Source: Enoplolaimus lenunculus (lineage: Eukaryota). From it: 64,000 nucleotides of DNA. The stretch is from NCBI GenBank assembly GCA_030248215.1, contig JASANG010003092.1:310001-374000 (forward strand), in the 5' to 3' direction. The position numbers and the translations under genes are program-made. The notes under the pieces were generated by a model. It was not told where the DNA came from and did not search any database. It saw nothing but the letters and a program-made list of their open reading frames with translations. Positions 24,901 to 39,225 of this stretch are shown piece by piece (the first letter of the stretch is position 1; the number at the start of each line of letters is the position of its first letter).

Positions 24901-27900
24901 TCAATTTATTTGTCAATATCAAAAATCTCAAAATTATAAAAAAATCGGTCATTTTTAAATTGTAGAGAAACATATTAAACTGCTTTCGTAACATAGTAAG
25001 CCAGATATTTGCGCCCCCATCAAGTTAATAGCATTTATCTGATACTTTAGAGCAAACACGGCAGAAGCGCCGACTTGATCAGACCAAAATCGGCACCTCA
25101 ACCAGAGATGCAAGAATTGTGTGATAGCGCACCCAACGGTCGCGCAAGTGTGCTTGCCAGCGGAGATGAAACCAGCGGCGAAACGTCAGAGTGTGAATTC
25201 GGTATTAAGAACATTGCTTTTTAGATTTTAATTCAGTACTTGCATATCAGTAAAACAAGTCAGGTTAATAGGCAAACCATTAGGTTAGTGTGTTGCAAAA
25301 AATTATTTAGCCAGTCTGCGTGACCGTCCTTATCATTCACAAACGAGGCGCTAAACATTACTGTGGCGACAAAATCTTTCTAGGAGGTGCTGGATATTTT
25401 GAGAGCAGTTTAGGAAAGGATCCAAGTGCATCGGTGGATAACGATAATAAAAATGATTGGCTTCTAAACGTGAAGCGTTCAGCTTACAGTTAATGCTATG
25501 TTTGTTTTACAGCCAATAGGTGAAATACTCAATGGTATTTTGAATATCTTAACCGCAAACACACCTTAATCATTATTTAAGACATCTTCGCACTTGGACG
25601 TTTCAGGCCTGTAGACCGATCACCTTGTTGGGGGGGGGGGGGGGCTAAAGTGTTTATGAAGGGCATTCGAAGGTTTTCGATGACTTGCAAGCAAGGTTGA
25701 AACCTTTCTAGAGGGTAAAATTTTTCCAGGGGTCACTACAGGTCCGGTAATTTTTTCCTTTTCGAAATCAAAAAGGCTTTAATATGGAGGTTGCAGCATT
25801 GAAAGTTTGCCGCTGCAAAAACTATCCGCGTGTGGATTAGATCTTTATCTGTACAATCTGTTTTCGAGTATATTTTAATTCAGCCATAGACAGTCCGTGT
25901 TACTGTCCAACGATCGAACCACACGTTGGTAAAATGATGCTTAACGCTGCGTTTCCAGTCTCAGTTGATCAGTTGTTTTTGTTGTTGTTTGCTGATTCTG
26001 GATTTTATCGAAATATGATGTCCGAGCGCAAAGTCACTGGTGAGGATCAGAAGGGGACGTGGGATTTGTTTTGCAGGCACTGTCGGCCAAAAAATTTACA
26101 TGTTTAGTATTATTTGGTAAGAAAGCCATAATATGCAACGTTTACCTCGAAGTCATACTAGTAAATTTATAAATCTGAAAACTCTGCTCTGACATTCTCA
26201 TGATGCATTCTGTTTTACTTCTACTTCAGTTGTAGCTAAGTTTAGCGTCCAAAACTCACAGGCGTCTGCACAGGGGGCACTGGTGGCTGTGCCCCCCAAA
26301 GTAGGTTGGTGCCCCCCACAAATAAACTCGGTCTAAAAATAAACAATCTTGAATTGCAATTGCAGGGGGTCCTAAAAATTATTCGGTGCCCCCATAATAT
26401 AATTTTATGCGGACGCCCGTGTCAAAACTTATACTTAGTTTCAGAATTACAAATTAACGATTGGCACACCGTACCGGAAGCTGGGACTAAATGTCGTCAG
26501 TTGACTTATACGATCTCGCTCAATCATCCTATGGGGCCTAAAACATCGCCGTGTCGTGAGAAGCAGGTCTATTTTTGGAAATATTTCACAGACCCGTAGG
26601 TATTTGTAAACCAGTCAGGGGCCAAGGGTGCGCCGGGACATCGACGAAAACGTTCGGGATGGGCATACGGGGATTGTATATACACGTCATTTGTACACTT
26701 GTTGCTCATATGGTTTCCCAAATTCTAGAGGAAATGAGCATAATGTTTTCTCTGTGGATATGGGCATATCGTTTCATTGACCTTTGTTTGTCAATTTTGC
26801 TCTGTGGTGTACCGAATCAAAACATTGGCAACTATATTTTGAAATACAAAATGTTCGACCGATTACAATCTAACCGCAGCTTTCCAACTGCAGGAACACA
26901 GCGATAAATTGGTGGGCACCAGAAAAATATAAAATGCTGGCAGTTAAGTTAAAATTGATACGATTTGTCTAAATTGTCTATATGCCAGTTTTGTTCTCTG
27001 TACTGTATGTTGCTCATTGCTTCTGAGTTTTGCGGGAGATAAATAGGATTGTAGCTAGCTGAACATGTTGGTGGAGTTAGGACAAATTCAGGTGGGCCAT
27101 ACTTGGATTTAACAGTATAGGTACCGGTGATCTCAAACGTTACTGGGAAGCCGAAATTTAAATTTGTTTGTTTCTTTTCAGACGTTGGCAAAATCGTCAC
27201 AACCCGGCCGGCACTACACTATTGTGTCGGAAGTTCAAAACGCGAACATTCCGTACGCGGATACATTTGTTGTTGTCAATACGTACTGCCTTGCACGACA
27301 ACAACAAACATCCATTCATCCAACCACTGGAGCCAACGGAATACCGGTTCCTAGCCAATGTTGTCGACTAATGTTGCATAGCGAAATTCGATATCTTAAA
27401 ACGTGCTGGGGTATTGTTAAAGGTAAGTTTGCCCGCGGCGTAGTTGGAATTTCATTTTGGAAAGACATAAATTTTAACTCAAAGACTGAAGATAAATTTT
27501 CCGTATTTTTCAGAGCGAGTTCAACGTATCTTAAAATTGGTTTAATCCCAACAAAGCAGCAGGTAAATTTAAATATTATCGCTTATAAAATACTGCTTTT
27601 TTAGCATCGGTATGCGAAATAGCCATATATTTTGAAACAATATGCTAAAAATCCTCAACAGTCGCTACTAGAAAATTTACGTCTACCAATTTCACTATTC
27701 GGCAATTTTAGTGTAACTGTGGCGTATATATTTATGTGTATCTGGTGCAAAGCGGAACTGGATTATACCGGAATCGGAATCGGAACTATAAATTTTGTGA
27801 CTGTACGGATAATTTGTATTGACAAATATTATGTGGGTTTAGGGTGTCTGTTGGCTGGCAACAATTTTCAAAAAGGTTTACATGAACAAGTTGGCTATGC

Positions 27901-30900
27901 TTTTTGGTCCTGTAAAAGCTAATCTACAATCAATTATTGATAAGTTAACAAATCGAAAGCTATTTAATAGATAAATAATGCAGAATTATTATGCAGCGTA
28001 TCACAACAAGTAAGATTATAATTAAAATTTCAAAATTCCGATTCCGATTGATGGTGCAATCTTAATCGGAATTGGTTCTGGACCGGAATTCTAATTGCAA
28101 TCGGAATTCCAGTTGAACCCTGGTACATATACATACATATGTAATATATATACTATTGTTACAATTTTTTCTTAAATCTGAGCTGTGAAAGCAAAACTGA
28201 GAACTAAAATTCGTTATAAAAACAAATAGAAGTCAAAATCACCAAAATGTACAGATTCGAAATTTGTCTTTCTTTTTCAAACGGTATTTGAGGTATAACG
28301 GTAGTATATAAACACATTTATCGGTAGATGAGTAAGGAGCTTTGTGCTTTTATATACATCTTTTTAATTTTCCAGGTTTCATTGAAAAAAACGCATTAAA
28401 CGGGTTGCAAGAGTATTTCAGAGACTTGGGTGAGTTTGTTTGTTTTATTCAAGTTTTTGGTTTTTGAGTGCTTTACTTGTATTTCTGTTGCGAAAAACTA
28501 GGACTAAATTTAGCGAACATTCTGAAAATTTTATTTCCACGCTCATTTTGCAGCAAAAAAAGTCGGCACGTATCATTTCAAATTTGTATTAAAATATAAT
28601 TGAATATGTTCAAGATCATTGTGATTCATACATATTTGAATAATGTACATTCTATTTTAATTTAATGTTGCTCAAAGCGATAATTTTAAGCACTACAGCA
28701 TTAATCTTGAATATATGTCGTACCCTGAACACGTTTATGCCCCAATTGTTAATCCATCAATCCACACGCTCGTGCTCATAAATTAAAAAATTTAGATCAA
28801 GAGCATGTTATATGTTTAAATGTGTGCAACGCCTGTCATTAGTTTCTGGTAGGTCCTGTAAGTTTCGAACCAGTAAATGGTAAGCTTCGAAGTTCAGTAC
28901 GTTTTTCGCATTTGGTATGTCCTAATTTTGTGATAATTGAGATTCGCAATTCCAAGAGTTCGTAAGTTTGAAAACCTATTGCCAACTGGTGATAGAGATG
29001 CAATACGTATTTGAAAATATGGGTCAAAAGGCCGTAATAGCAAAAATATTATATATTAAACATGAAACTACACACTGAGGACCGGAGTAGCCATAACACA
29101 CATTTCTCATTTGGGGGCGTCCACCCTAACCGGTTAAAATAAAAACCGCCGAAGTTTTGAAATATGTCTGGCTTCTGGCCCGCTTAGCTCGTGAGTTTTT
29201 GACACTATTCTTCCTTTCTGTAATTTTTAAATGGCTTTAGCCGCACACAGATCTCACAATAACCATCATGTTGCTAAATGCCAACAAGTCTTTTCGCTCG
29301 CTACATTCGCTGGCTTACAATTTTTACTCTAGACGTAAATTTTAAATTTTAACCACAAAAAACATATTAATTCTTCTAACTCGACTTAACACCGAATTCG
29401 AAATTTTACTTCTTTCCTTCATATGAAACAGCTCAAGCTTCTTCTACGTGTAATCAATACGCCATATATTTACCTTGTCTAACAATTATTGCAAGCAGAA
29501 CTGCAGCTAGGGTATTTATCCGAGTTTCTCCGGCCTACGTGATGGGATCGCCTTGTGCGGTATCAATCAGCGGCGCAGCACTTAATCCAAAAAGCAAAAA
29601 CATGGGTCACATATCTAGTGACACATGCAAATATTATGGTGGAAGAAAATTCGCCAGCGAAGCGAAACAGAAACCAAATAAGCATGAATAACCGAATGGC
29701 TACACTTAATTGCGCCGAAAGTAGAAAATTTGTTGAAATAGCACGGCGAATCGGATTTGCCCGAGGCCTTTATAGGTGCTTGCTTTCCCTATGGGGTAGA
29801 ACTTGTGTAAGTAGGTGCAATATATAAATACGTTATGCGCAGTGTTTGACAATACACCTTTGTGCAGTACTAAAATCTCCACCAGACGTCAGAGGCCCCT
29901 CGGGCTCGAGCGTCACGCTCCGATCGCTGCTTGAAATAAAATTGAGATTAAATTATAAATCAGGCATAAGAAAACAGGATTGTCAGGTCTGTCAGTTGAT
30001 ACCCCTAGACAATTAGGGTCACGTTGACTTCTGAAAACCCACTAAAACTATAGTTTCGTGTTGGAATTTAAAACAACTTATGCTAAAATTTTCACTGCCT
30101 ACTCGCTTACTTCAATTGCAACATTTTTTAAACTACTCTGCCAAACGATTAACTCTGGTTAGCTCCCAAAAATCAGGTTCGTTCCCAGGTTTGATGACGC
30201 TTTGTTTCGGTGTTATTTTGCTAGCTAACCAGAAGTTTGACACCCCAATCAAAATATCGTTACCCCTCACCTTTAGAAAATATTTGTGCGGGAAAGTTGA
30301 AACGGAAACGGTATAATGTTTCGGTCATGAAATCTTTTTTAGCACAATTTCAGAAGAGCGACTTCGAAACGAATGTGATACACTAGTGTCTACAAGCGCA
30401 ATAAACGGTCCTGTAACTGGCAGTTTAAAATCATCCAATGCAATAAACAAACCAGGACGCCATGGGCCAAAACGTACAAAACGCAATCCTTCGTCTGCTG
30501 CGAAACAAGCAAATGGACACGTGAGGTCAGATGACCAGCCTGCATCGAATATAACTGTTCCTAACGGAACGCTAAACTCGACTAATTTGCACAACGGTAC
30601 GTTGCCATAGACCCATTTTACTTTGAGGTCCATGCTGTTTTGGACCTCAATTAGAATCGGCTTATGCTTTAGACTATTTTTTGCTTAGAGCTAGGCTTAC
30701 TCTTAGGCTTAGTTATAGCCTTATGTTTATGCTGAGGTCTGTACTTTTGCTTAGGCTTAGGAATATGCTTTATACTACTGTTACGCCTTGTTGAAATAGC
30801 TGAAATATGGCGAAGCGAATATAAAATTATTGACTAAGGATAAAATATTAGCATTATCAAAGCATCAGTCTTGAATATAGATGGGGGCACCGGAATCAGG

Positions 30901-33900
30901 ATATCCGGATATGAAAAATATCCGGATATGTATCCGAAAAGAAATGACTATCCGGATATTCGGATATCCAAAGTGCTATTGTGTAAAAAAATTTGGAATA
31001 ATTTGCATTGTTTCACCATAAAAGTAGCTGGAGCTGACGAAAATAAATTCTGTAGTCAAACCTGAGTTAAAATATTGAACCACATTCGTGCGTAATTCCA
31101 TGATTTAAAATTTTGATTTCTTAAAACATGCCAAAATTGAAAGAAAAGCTCATAACTTTTGAATTCAAACCCACAGGAAGGCGACTTTCTTCTCATACAC
31201 CAAAACAGTCCAGAAGTACTTTATCAGGGATTCTAACTGTCTCAATTAATGAACAGCTTTAGTTTGGCGCTGGGAGACAACAACCCCATCCTGCTTAGTT
31301 TCCTTTCAGAATGCGGAAGGTTCAAGGAAGCCGTAGAATCCCCCTGAATAAGAAAAAGCGCAAAATTGATTCAAAACGTTTCGTTGTTACAGAAAAAGTT
31401 TTCTTTGCATTTGTGTCGTGAAATATAGTAAATCAGCTGCGTTAAACCAGTCATGAAATGCAAAAAATGACGCAATCCAACTGAAACCGCCGCTTTTACA
31501 CAGTAATATACATGAAAAATATAATTTCTGAACTTTTGAAAATACGTTTTTGGTTCTGCTGTAGTCCATATAGAATCACAATGACAAAAAGTGAAAGTAT
31601 ATAATCATATTAATATCTATAAAATTGAAATTTAATTGAAATTATCAGGGGAGGTTATGAGGAGCCAAATCGGCGTTATATATTCCGATATATATGTCTA
31701 GAACGGGTTCTGAAGTTTTGGACCAATATTAATTTAACAATGTAACAACCAAAACATATTCCTAAGTTTGAGCCTCCTCAGCGTAATAAGCACAAGTCTA
31801 AAACAAAGCTTAGCCTAAGCCCAAGCAAAAAACAGTCTATAATTTAAGCCAAACATATTTCGGTCTGGTGAGAAGACGAACACTAGCGGATCCAGAGTGG
31901 GGCGCCTGGGGCACCAGTACAAGTAACATTGTCGGATGTTTGTACAATTTAACGTTATATTTTATGTGGTGCTTTCTGCATGGAGCGTAAAACGACTCAG
32001 TTCGAGGAAAAGGTGACATGTGATAGAATCAGAGACAAATCAATTAAATTTAATTTCGGATATCCGGATATTCGGATAAATATCCGGCAAGAATTGCTTT
32101 GATATCCGGATATGAAAAAATATCCGATGACCGTCACTACTCTTGAGATAAGGGCCCATATTCTCAAACGTGTGTAGCACCTCTCGCCAGATTGGTGATA
32201 GGTCAGTCTTGTAAATTTTGAACCATTAAATGGTGAAGTTAGAAATTTAGCGCTTTCCTCACAATGGATTTGTCCCGCTTCTGAGCCAATTTTTTTAAAT
32301 CTGCAAGTGTCAGAATTCGTCAGCTTAACACCTATCATAAGGATTTTGCGATTCACGTGGAAACCGCAAGTTTTTCACTTCCATTTTATGGCGTCGAAAA
32401 ATCATGTAAAATTCCGGCATTTTTAATGTTTTTTTGCACTGATAATTGTTGTGGTATTTTCAGAATCAATACTATTACCCAATGGCCATGCAGTGCCAAA
32501 ATCTTACGAAAGTGTAGCCAAAATAGTGCTAGCGACGTAAGTGTTCGTGTTGTGCAAAAACTTTTCATTTCATTTGTATTTCAGCACAAAAGTAGAAAGC
32601 TTAAATTTGCAGAGTAGCATGGTAAATGGATGAGTTCATTGATCAACTCAACTAGTGAGTTAGTTATTTTTGAATTAATATTAAACATTAACTCAATATG
32701 AGTTGATTCTCACTCTGAGTTGAGCTGAGTTGATTAATTAAATGGGAATGAATTGAATTGAATCAGAACTCTAGGTTCTGATAGTCCTACCTCAGATTGA
32801 ATGATACACCTCATTCTGAGTTAAAATCAACTCACTGAAATTTACAGTGTACACATATTTGAGAGTAAACTGGCCGTACATTGTAGGTTAATTATGCTAC
32901 TGTCACTCAATCTGATTTTATTCTACAAGCTTTACCACATCGAACGCGATATTATTGTTCGTTTGTCGAAACAAAACGCATCACATGGTGACTCGTTCCG
33001 TCCAGATTATCCAGTATTTGGTCTTTTTGACGTTGAATTTCTATCGTCGATAAAGCAAAAACTTGATAGGTAAAAACGTAAAAAAACAAGCATATATCAT
33101 TGTTTGGACTTCCAGTCACGATACCGTGTGGCCTTATAATTTCCGTTTGCCTTTTGTTATGATGAAGCTGCTCGTAAATGTGGAGCTCGGCGATAGCACT
33201 CTGTTAGTTGGAGCAAGATATTAATCATAATCTGCGAATAGTTACACTTCAACTGTTTTTAATCTTGTGCTGAATGACATCGACTTCCGATCAAAATAAA
33301 TAACGAGTAACAGTTTACTGTGTTACCTCAACCACTGGTACGGCCAACAGAGCAATTAGCTAAACTTGTATCGTGTTTGCTGAACGTATACGCAGCATTT
33401 TTACGAGCCAGCAAAAAAATTTTTGACCTGTATATATTTCAACAGCCTGAGGAGGTTCATTTAACAACCTGTACAAAGCGTTTTGGTCAATGTAGATGTT
33501 GGCCGAGGGCAAGTACGCGACCGCAACATATTCAAACATTGTTGTCGATAAGTGGTTTTCAAATTTCAGGGGTGAACTAAGTAATAACGATTTGTTAACT
33601 ATGCTGTACGCCGATCGTCAATCAAGACGAAACGCCGCGTTACAATGGAGTCAAACTATTACCGAAACCCTGAAACACGTTATTCAAGTGAGCCGCTTGC
33701 TAAATCCTTTACCACATAGAGTATACTATGAGCAAAAGTACGCCTATTCTACGTTGCCTATTGCTTAAAAGTTTAACATAACACAGTTTTATACTATTAT
33801 TATGAACCAAATCATAAATATCGCTGTGAAAGCAAGCAGTGCTTCGGCAACTGCAGGAGCTGGATATTGAAGTATCGGCTGCGTTTTTTGTATCCGGTCA

Positions 33901-34347
33901 AAGCCTGTCCCATTGTCCTGTTTTCCCAGCGAAAATTTGCAGCTGTACCATTTTCCCATTTGCCCGAATAGGCCTGTCCCATTGCCCCGTTCGCCCAGCG
34001 AAAATTTGCAGCTGTACCGTTTTCCCATTTGCCCGAAGCACGGCTGTCAAATTGTCCCATCAGCACGTAATGCTGTCTGTCGGCAGAGGTATATGAAGTT
34101 GCCCCGATTACACGCCTGTGTCTTGCTGTCCCGCGGGAAAACGGGACGCGCCTTAAAGTAACATTGGCCAATATTTTAATGTCTAAAAACGACCGTCGTT
34201 GATTTTCAGGTTGAAGCATCACTTCGAAACCTGAAATCGGATCTTGCCTTAGCTGCATCTACAATCGGGTCACAGACGGGTTTGTTCGATGAGCATCAGA
34301 GTCAAATACTACAAACTTCACATGCATTGAAATCTGAGAATTCATAG
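12914..34347 (+). CDS. GRAMD1: GRAM domain-containing protein 1 (Aster; GRAM + VASt + C-terminal TM/coiled coil), multi-exon
   Basis: Phase-consistent GT-AG exons: 12914-13302, 18897-19121, 19740-19905, 20520-20598, 21222-21325, 21697-21771, 22378-22482, 23098-23268, 23959-24243, 25051-25201, 25884-26039, 26445-26566, 27182-27422, 28376-28429, 30354-30596, 32464-32536, 32887-33013 (donor uncertain), 33496-33687, 34210-34347 (stop). GRAM: YPTYEHRNEEFKRLF..DYSCALQRDILIQGRLY..KERTAKVIPNAIQ..HFLTSFAHRDRTY. VASt: FPVSVDQLFLLLF..RQLTYTISLNHPMGPKT..IPYADTF..WGIVKGFIEKN. TM: KIVLATLIMLLSLNLILFYKL. Confidence 0.93.
15933..16369. repeat. 37-bp minisatellite, about 12 copies
   Basis: Unit TTTTAGGGTCAGGGGTAGGTTTAGATCTTCTATATGA, nearly identical copies, no spacers. 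Confidence 0.97.
21565..21636 (+). mobile_element. tRNA(Gly-like)-derived SINE head or tRNA pseudogene
   Basis: A box TGGTGTAGTGG and B box GTTTCGATTCC; acceptor stem GATCGCG/CGTGGTC and D stem pair. Anticodon and T arms have mismatches and an extra T. Confidence 0.7.
21901..22115. mobile_element. CACTG-ended foldback MITE, same family as 218-437
   Basis: Same TIRs and internal GAGTCAAAT/GACTC subrepeats; CA flanks. Confidence 0.85.
22740..22985. mobile_element. CACTG-ended MITE, second family
   Basis: CACTGTAAAT..ATTTACAGTG termini with GAGTT/AACTC subrepeats; related inverted partial copy at about 32620-32849. Confidence 0.7.
30879..32139 (+). mobile_element. Non-autonomous hAT-like element with (ATCCGGAT) subterminal repeats
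   Basis: TAGATGGGGGCACCGG..GACCGTCACTA termini; shares internal blocks with the inverted copy at about 36090-36742. Confidence 0.65.
33902..34037. repeat. Two-copy tandem duplication of about 70 bp
   Basis: GCCTGTCCCATTG..CCCAGCGAAAATTTGCAGCTGTACC.TTTTCCCATTTGCCCGAA occurs twice. Confidence 0.85.
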
Positions 34348-34439
34348 CCGTTTTTTGTTTCGTATCTTGCTGGCAAACATTAATTTATAGTAGCCCGCCC
34401 ATTGGGAAATGCTGACAATTTGCGACGCAGAGACTGGGA

Positions 34440-34640
34440 GGTAGGGTACAACCGGATGTCTGCCTCCGGCTCCGGTAGAATTTTTGTTGGAAGTTCCGGC
34501 AATTTCGATAGTAAAATTTTGCATAATTTTGAAAAATTTATCTGCTTAGCGCGTTTCGTAGTTTCCGACTCCGGTTTCGGCTCCGGCAAGTTTCGTTGAC
34601 CTCAGACTCCGGTATTTTTCACCTCTTTTTGCACTCTGCT
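34440..34640. mobile_element. Dispersed CCGGAG-rich hAT-like MITE
   Basis: TAGGGTACAACCGGA..TTGCACTCTG termini; homologous copies at about 6595-6935, 37030-37320, 48400-48630 and 48700-48920. Confidence 0.65.
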
Positions 34641-36089
34641 GGGAGGTGTAGGCTTATTTTTAGGCTTACCCTTACGCTTACTTATCTTTATGCTAAGGTC
34701 TATGCTTAGGTTTAGGCTTAGCTTTATTCTCAAGTTTAGGACTAGGCTTGGTGGGCAGTAAATTTATAATTAGCATATTCCTTCCTGTTAAAAAATGACC
34801 TTATATAGGATTCGTAGTTAGAACAACGACTTGAAATGTCCGTTGTGCAACCCACGCTATGGTTGGAAGCCACGGGTAATGAGACGGGATTAAATTTTAC
34901 TTTTAATACTTTTTGTAAATATTTGTATTAATTTGTAAAAGTGTTTACTTTAAAAACATAAACCTGGTATTTTGTTTTAGCATGCATAATTGGCAATACA
35001 GAGTTCACTACAAACTGGCAATTTTAGAAATATAAGTGCACAATATATACTGCAGTAGAATGGGCAAAAAATACAGATTCTTTGCTGTGTAATGAAAATT
35101 ACATTTTAAAAAGTAAGTATGTACTTTCAAAACTTAAGTAGCTTTAAAGTTTCGAACTCAACTTTATTTGGTCCTGGAGCCATTTATGCATTACAAATAC
35201 GGATAATTGATATTTATGAACTCTAATTAGGGTTTAGTGACTATATCCGCTTACGGACTCTTACGGATACAACCCCCTCATATTCGGCAACGCGCAATAA
35301 TAACGTCACAATATAGTTTTTTGTAATTATATGGTGGGCAACAGGAACCCTTCATGGGGATATTATTCAGCATTTGCGTTCACTACGATCAACGCGGAAA
35401 GGCGACGAACAAATATCAAAATTTCGGATTTCATTTCCTCGCAAACAAAATTAAATTGATTGCATAAGCACAATTTTTTCTCACATACCGACGAGAACAG
35501 ACCTGAACTTATATTTTATTGCAATTATTAATGCATGATACTTCGCCGTGTAGCAGAATGCAATCGGTGTTGAAAAAAAGTGGAACCGAAGGCGATCACA
35601 AGAACAATGTTAGTATTGCTAATTTCAACAAAAATGATCGAAGCAGTAGTAGAAAAATGGTTAATCTTTATTTTTCTGAGAAATCTCGCAGCCCAAGCAG
35701 TCAAAATTGCCATAAAATTTTACTCCCTTTGACACAAGACAAATAAAAGTTTAATTCAACGGATAAGTAGTTTTACAATAACCAGATATATATCAGTAAC
35801 GAAGGGTGGGTTAAAAATAAATAACAGCCCGTAACCGAAGAACAGGGCGCCCCCCCTCTTATTCGGGTCACTACTACATTACTTTTGGTAATGCCCCGCT
35901 TTCAGCGGCGGATCCAGAAATGTCTGACGAGGGGCAGGCTAGTAAATGTTTTGAAACGCAATTTTCATCAAAAAATTATCTGAAGGGGAAAATTACACCT
36001 TACCATTTTATTACAAAAAATTTGTGACGAGGGGCGTGCGTTCGCCGCCCCATATGGGTCCGCTAGCGCCCGCTTTGTCACACACCGAA

Positions 36090-36742
36090 ACAGACTAGGT
36101 TTCAATTTTTAGACTCTATAATTTTTTGCTTGGTCTTAGGCTAAGCTTTTGTTTTAGACTTGTGTTTATTACGCTGAGGAGGCTTAAACTTTAGGAATAT
36201 GTTTTGGTTGTTACATTGTTAAAGTAATATTTGCCCAAATCTTCAGGACCCGCTCTAGACTTAATATATCGGAATTAATGCCGAGTTTGCTCCTCATAAC
36301 CAGATAAAACTTTTTCTGTAACCAAACTTTCTGAATGAATTTTGTGATTTTTTCTCTTAGAGGAAAGGTTGCGGCTCTCTTGAACCTTCCGCATTGTGAA
36401 AGGACACTAAGCCGGATGGGGTTGCCGTCCCCCAACGCCACACCAAGGTGACCATTATTCGGACAGCCAGAATCCCTGATAAAGTACTTTTGGACAGTTT
36501 TCGTGTATGAGAAGAAATTAGCTTTCCTCGGGGCTTGAATTGAAAAGTTATAAACTCATAGGTTCTATGTCGTGGGAAATTCAAATGTGCCCTTTACAGA
36601 TTGCCACACTTCCTAGCGAGCCTTTTATATTAGCATCATACTCAGTTAGGCTTGCAGCGGGTATCGGGATATCCGGAAACACGTTTCTTTTCGGATACAT
36701 ATCCGGATATTTTTCATATCCGAATATCCGGTGCCCATCATA
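36090..36742 (-). mobile_element. Inverted partial copy of the 30879-32139 element
   Basis: Reverse-complement matches to 30890-30970, 31150-31330 and 31690-31860. Remnant GKLISSHTRKLSKSTLSGIL resembles the end of a hAT dimerisation domain. Confidence 0.65.
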
Positions 36743-39225
36743 ATAATTATAGTGAAAAGCATTCAGGGATGTAATATACAAAGAATTCAGCCATGATACT
36801 TTAGATTAACATAATTTAATTATACACGACAATTGATCATGTAATTTACATAAACACAATCTATTTCTAACCCGTTCAAAAGCCAATAATTTTTGGGTAT
36901 TTTAAAAGCCGTTCGTCAAAAAAGCAGATATTTTCACAGTAAAACTTTATTTCACACAGTAATTTTAAAACTCAAGGAACAACAATGGTTTCTCCGTTTC
37001 ATTTGAAATATCACTTACTACTGAATATCAGCGTACAACCGGAGGTCTGCCTCCGGCTGGGGTAGAAAATTTGCCAGGGATTCCGGCAATTTCGGTAGTG
37101 AAATTTTGCATAGCTTTACAAAATATATTTGTTCGGCGTGTTTCGTTTTAACTTTTGCCACAATTTTGAGGAAAGAATTGCCGAGATTTCGTAAAAAAAT
37201 AAAGTCAACCAAACGATTTTTGAATAAATTAACAAAATAAACATCATGTTAACTACCTAATTTTGCCTCACCTACGGCTTCGGCAAGTTTTGTAGACTTG
37301 CACCCGGTTGTACCCTGCTGAATATCCATCAATAAAAGTTCCTTTATCGCTACAGGTTATTTTTCGTTTGTTCCAATTACACTGACAGCCTAACACAGAA
37401 GTTCGGGCTCTTGTACACTTTTCCTTACAACTAAGCTGAAGCTTACGCGTTGACAATGTATAGATCAGAGGCGGACCGTTTTCCCGCGGGACTGTAAAAA
37501 CGTAAGCTTAAGCTTTAAACACATTTTTTTGCTTAGCTGTAGGTATAGGCCTATGTTTACACTTAGGCTTAGACTTAGGAGTATGCTTATACTATTGCGA
37601 CGGCCCGGATCTAGGTATACATTGTAAGACAAATGTCAGCTTTTCATACACCTAATCCTTAACGTTTGGGGGAAGTGTACAACAGTCAGAAGTCCGTTTC
37701 AGCGCTAACAAATTAACGTTACTGTTTACGTATGTAGACACAATCATCCAATGTCCAGTAGGAATGCAATATTTGGCACTACATAGTTAAAATTAAAAAA
37801 GAAATATTTTGCAATGATGCAGTGGGATATATACACAGTACAAGGCAACAAAATCCGCAAAAGAACGCATGTAATGCTAATGGAAAGCAGGTATAAACTA
37901 TTTGTGGATGACTTCTTTGACAACAGTGCACATTTCAAAAATACGTATGATAACAAAAATATACCAGTGCACGTTGTACTTTGCCCATACCTTTCCATAT
38001 TAGTTTGAAGACGATAGTTCGCGGTTGCTACGCAGAATTTGAATGTTTTTAGAAATATAAACCGGGTAACCGAACACTTTTTGAATTTCTACATCATTGG
38101 AACCAGAGTGGGATGTTCGTAAGGATTTGTATCCTACCTGCGCTTTAGCCACGTAAATAAGAACTTTTTTAACCGCGGGTACACCCGCGCAAAAAGGTCA
38201 ATACACGACTGAGATGTTAAACCAGTATTTTAAACATCGCAATCGATTTGTACTTTATGAAGTTTTGCGCCATAGGTTCAACGAATTTTACAGCTGAAAG
38301 CATACCAGAAACAACAAAATTTCAAACCCACCAAATTAAGCATTGGACAGCAACTGAAACGAAAGCAAAACAGACAAAAGCGCATGTATTGTATAAAAGT
38401 TTGGCGCGGATAACAACTGGGAATTTAATCTTTACCCACAGGTATGCCTGCGACTGCATTTCTTTATCCCACCCGCGTTAACCAGCAGGTTAGGTCTCAC
38501 TCTGTTTGCAATCTGCCAAATTCTACGTAATTACTATTAAACGTTTCACTAAGAAATAAACCACCAAACAAAATACATATATTTTTCACACAAAAACAAA
38601 TACAACGGAATTTTTCCACAAATCTTAACGCGTGAGTTGGAATGCATATAGTTTCAAATGATGCTTGTAAGGCATCGGTACTATATGAATATCATAACGT
38701 AAATCAGAATAATAAAACAAGCACCTACGCTAAAATAATACTCGTGATAGTCTTAATCAAGCCGTCTTTAGGTGAAACAGAGATCAGTCTGAACAGCAAA
38801 ATTTCAAGAAAAGTTCAATGCTCAATGATACCAATTGAGTTGATATACGACACTTACCACCTGCTTAAACATAAATTCAAAAAGTTGTTAGCCAAACCCA
38901 CAAACCAAAAGGATACATAGAACGGCCAGTTTTCGACTACATTCGTTGAAATTTTCGTTTAACAAACTTCTTTAAACATAGACAACTCAAATTTTTCCTA
39001 TGAGCTAACCTGAAATGAATGTGCCTAGTTAGCTGCATCGAGTGCAGGATTCGCTACGTCAGCAGCGCTAAACAGCGATTCCAGTAGTTAACCTGTGTAC
39101 GTGCTACGTACACATACCGTCAGAACGTTTGACCCCATGCCTTCTAAATGTCTTACTAACCTCGTTACTGTACTACACATTCGATCAAAAATATCAACAA
39201 CTTTCTCGTAGATTAATTATAAATC

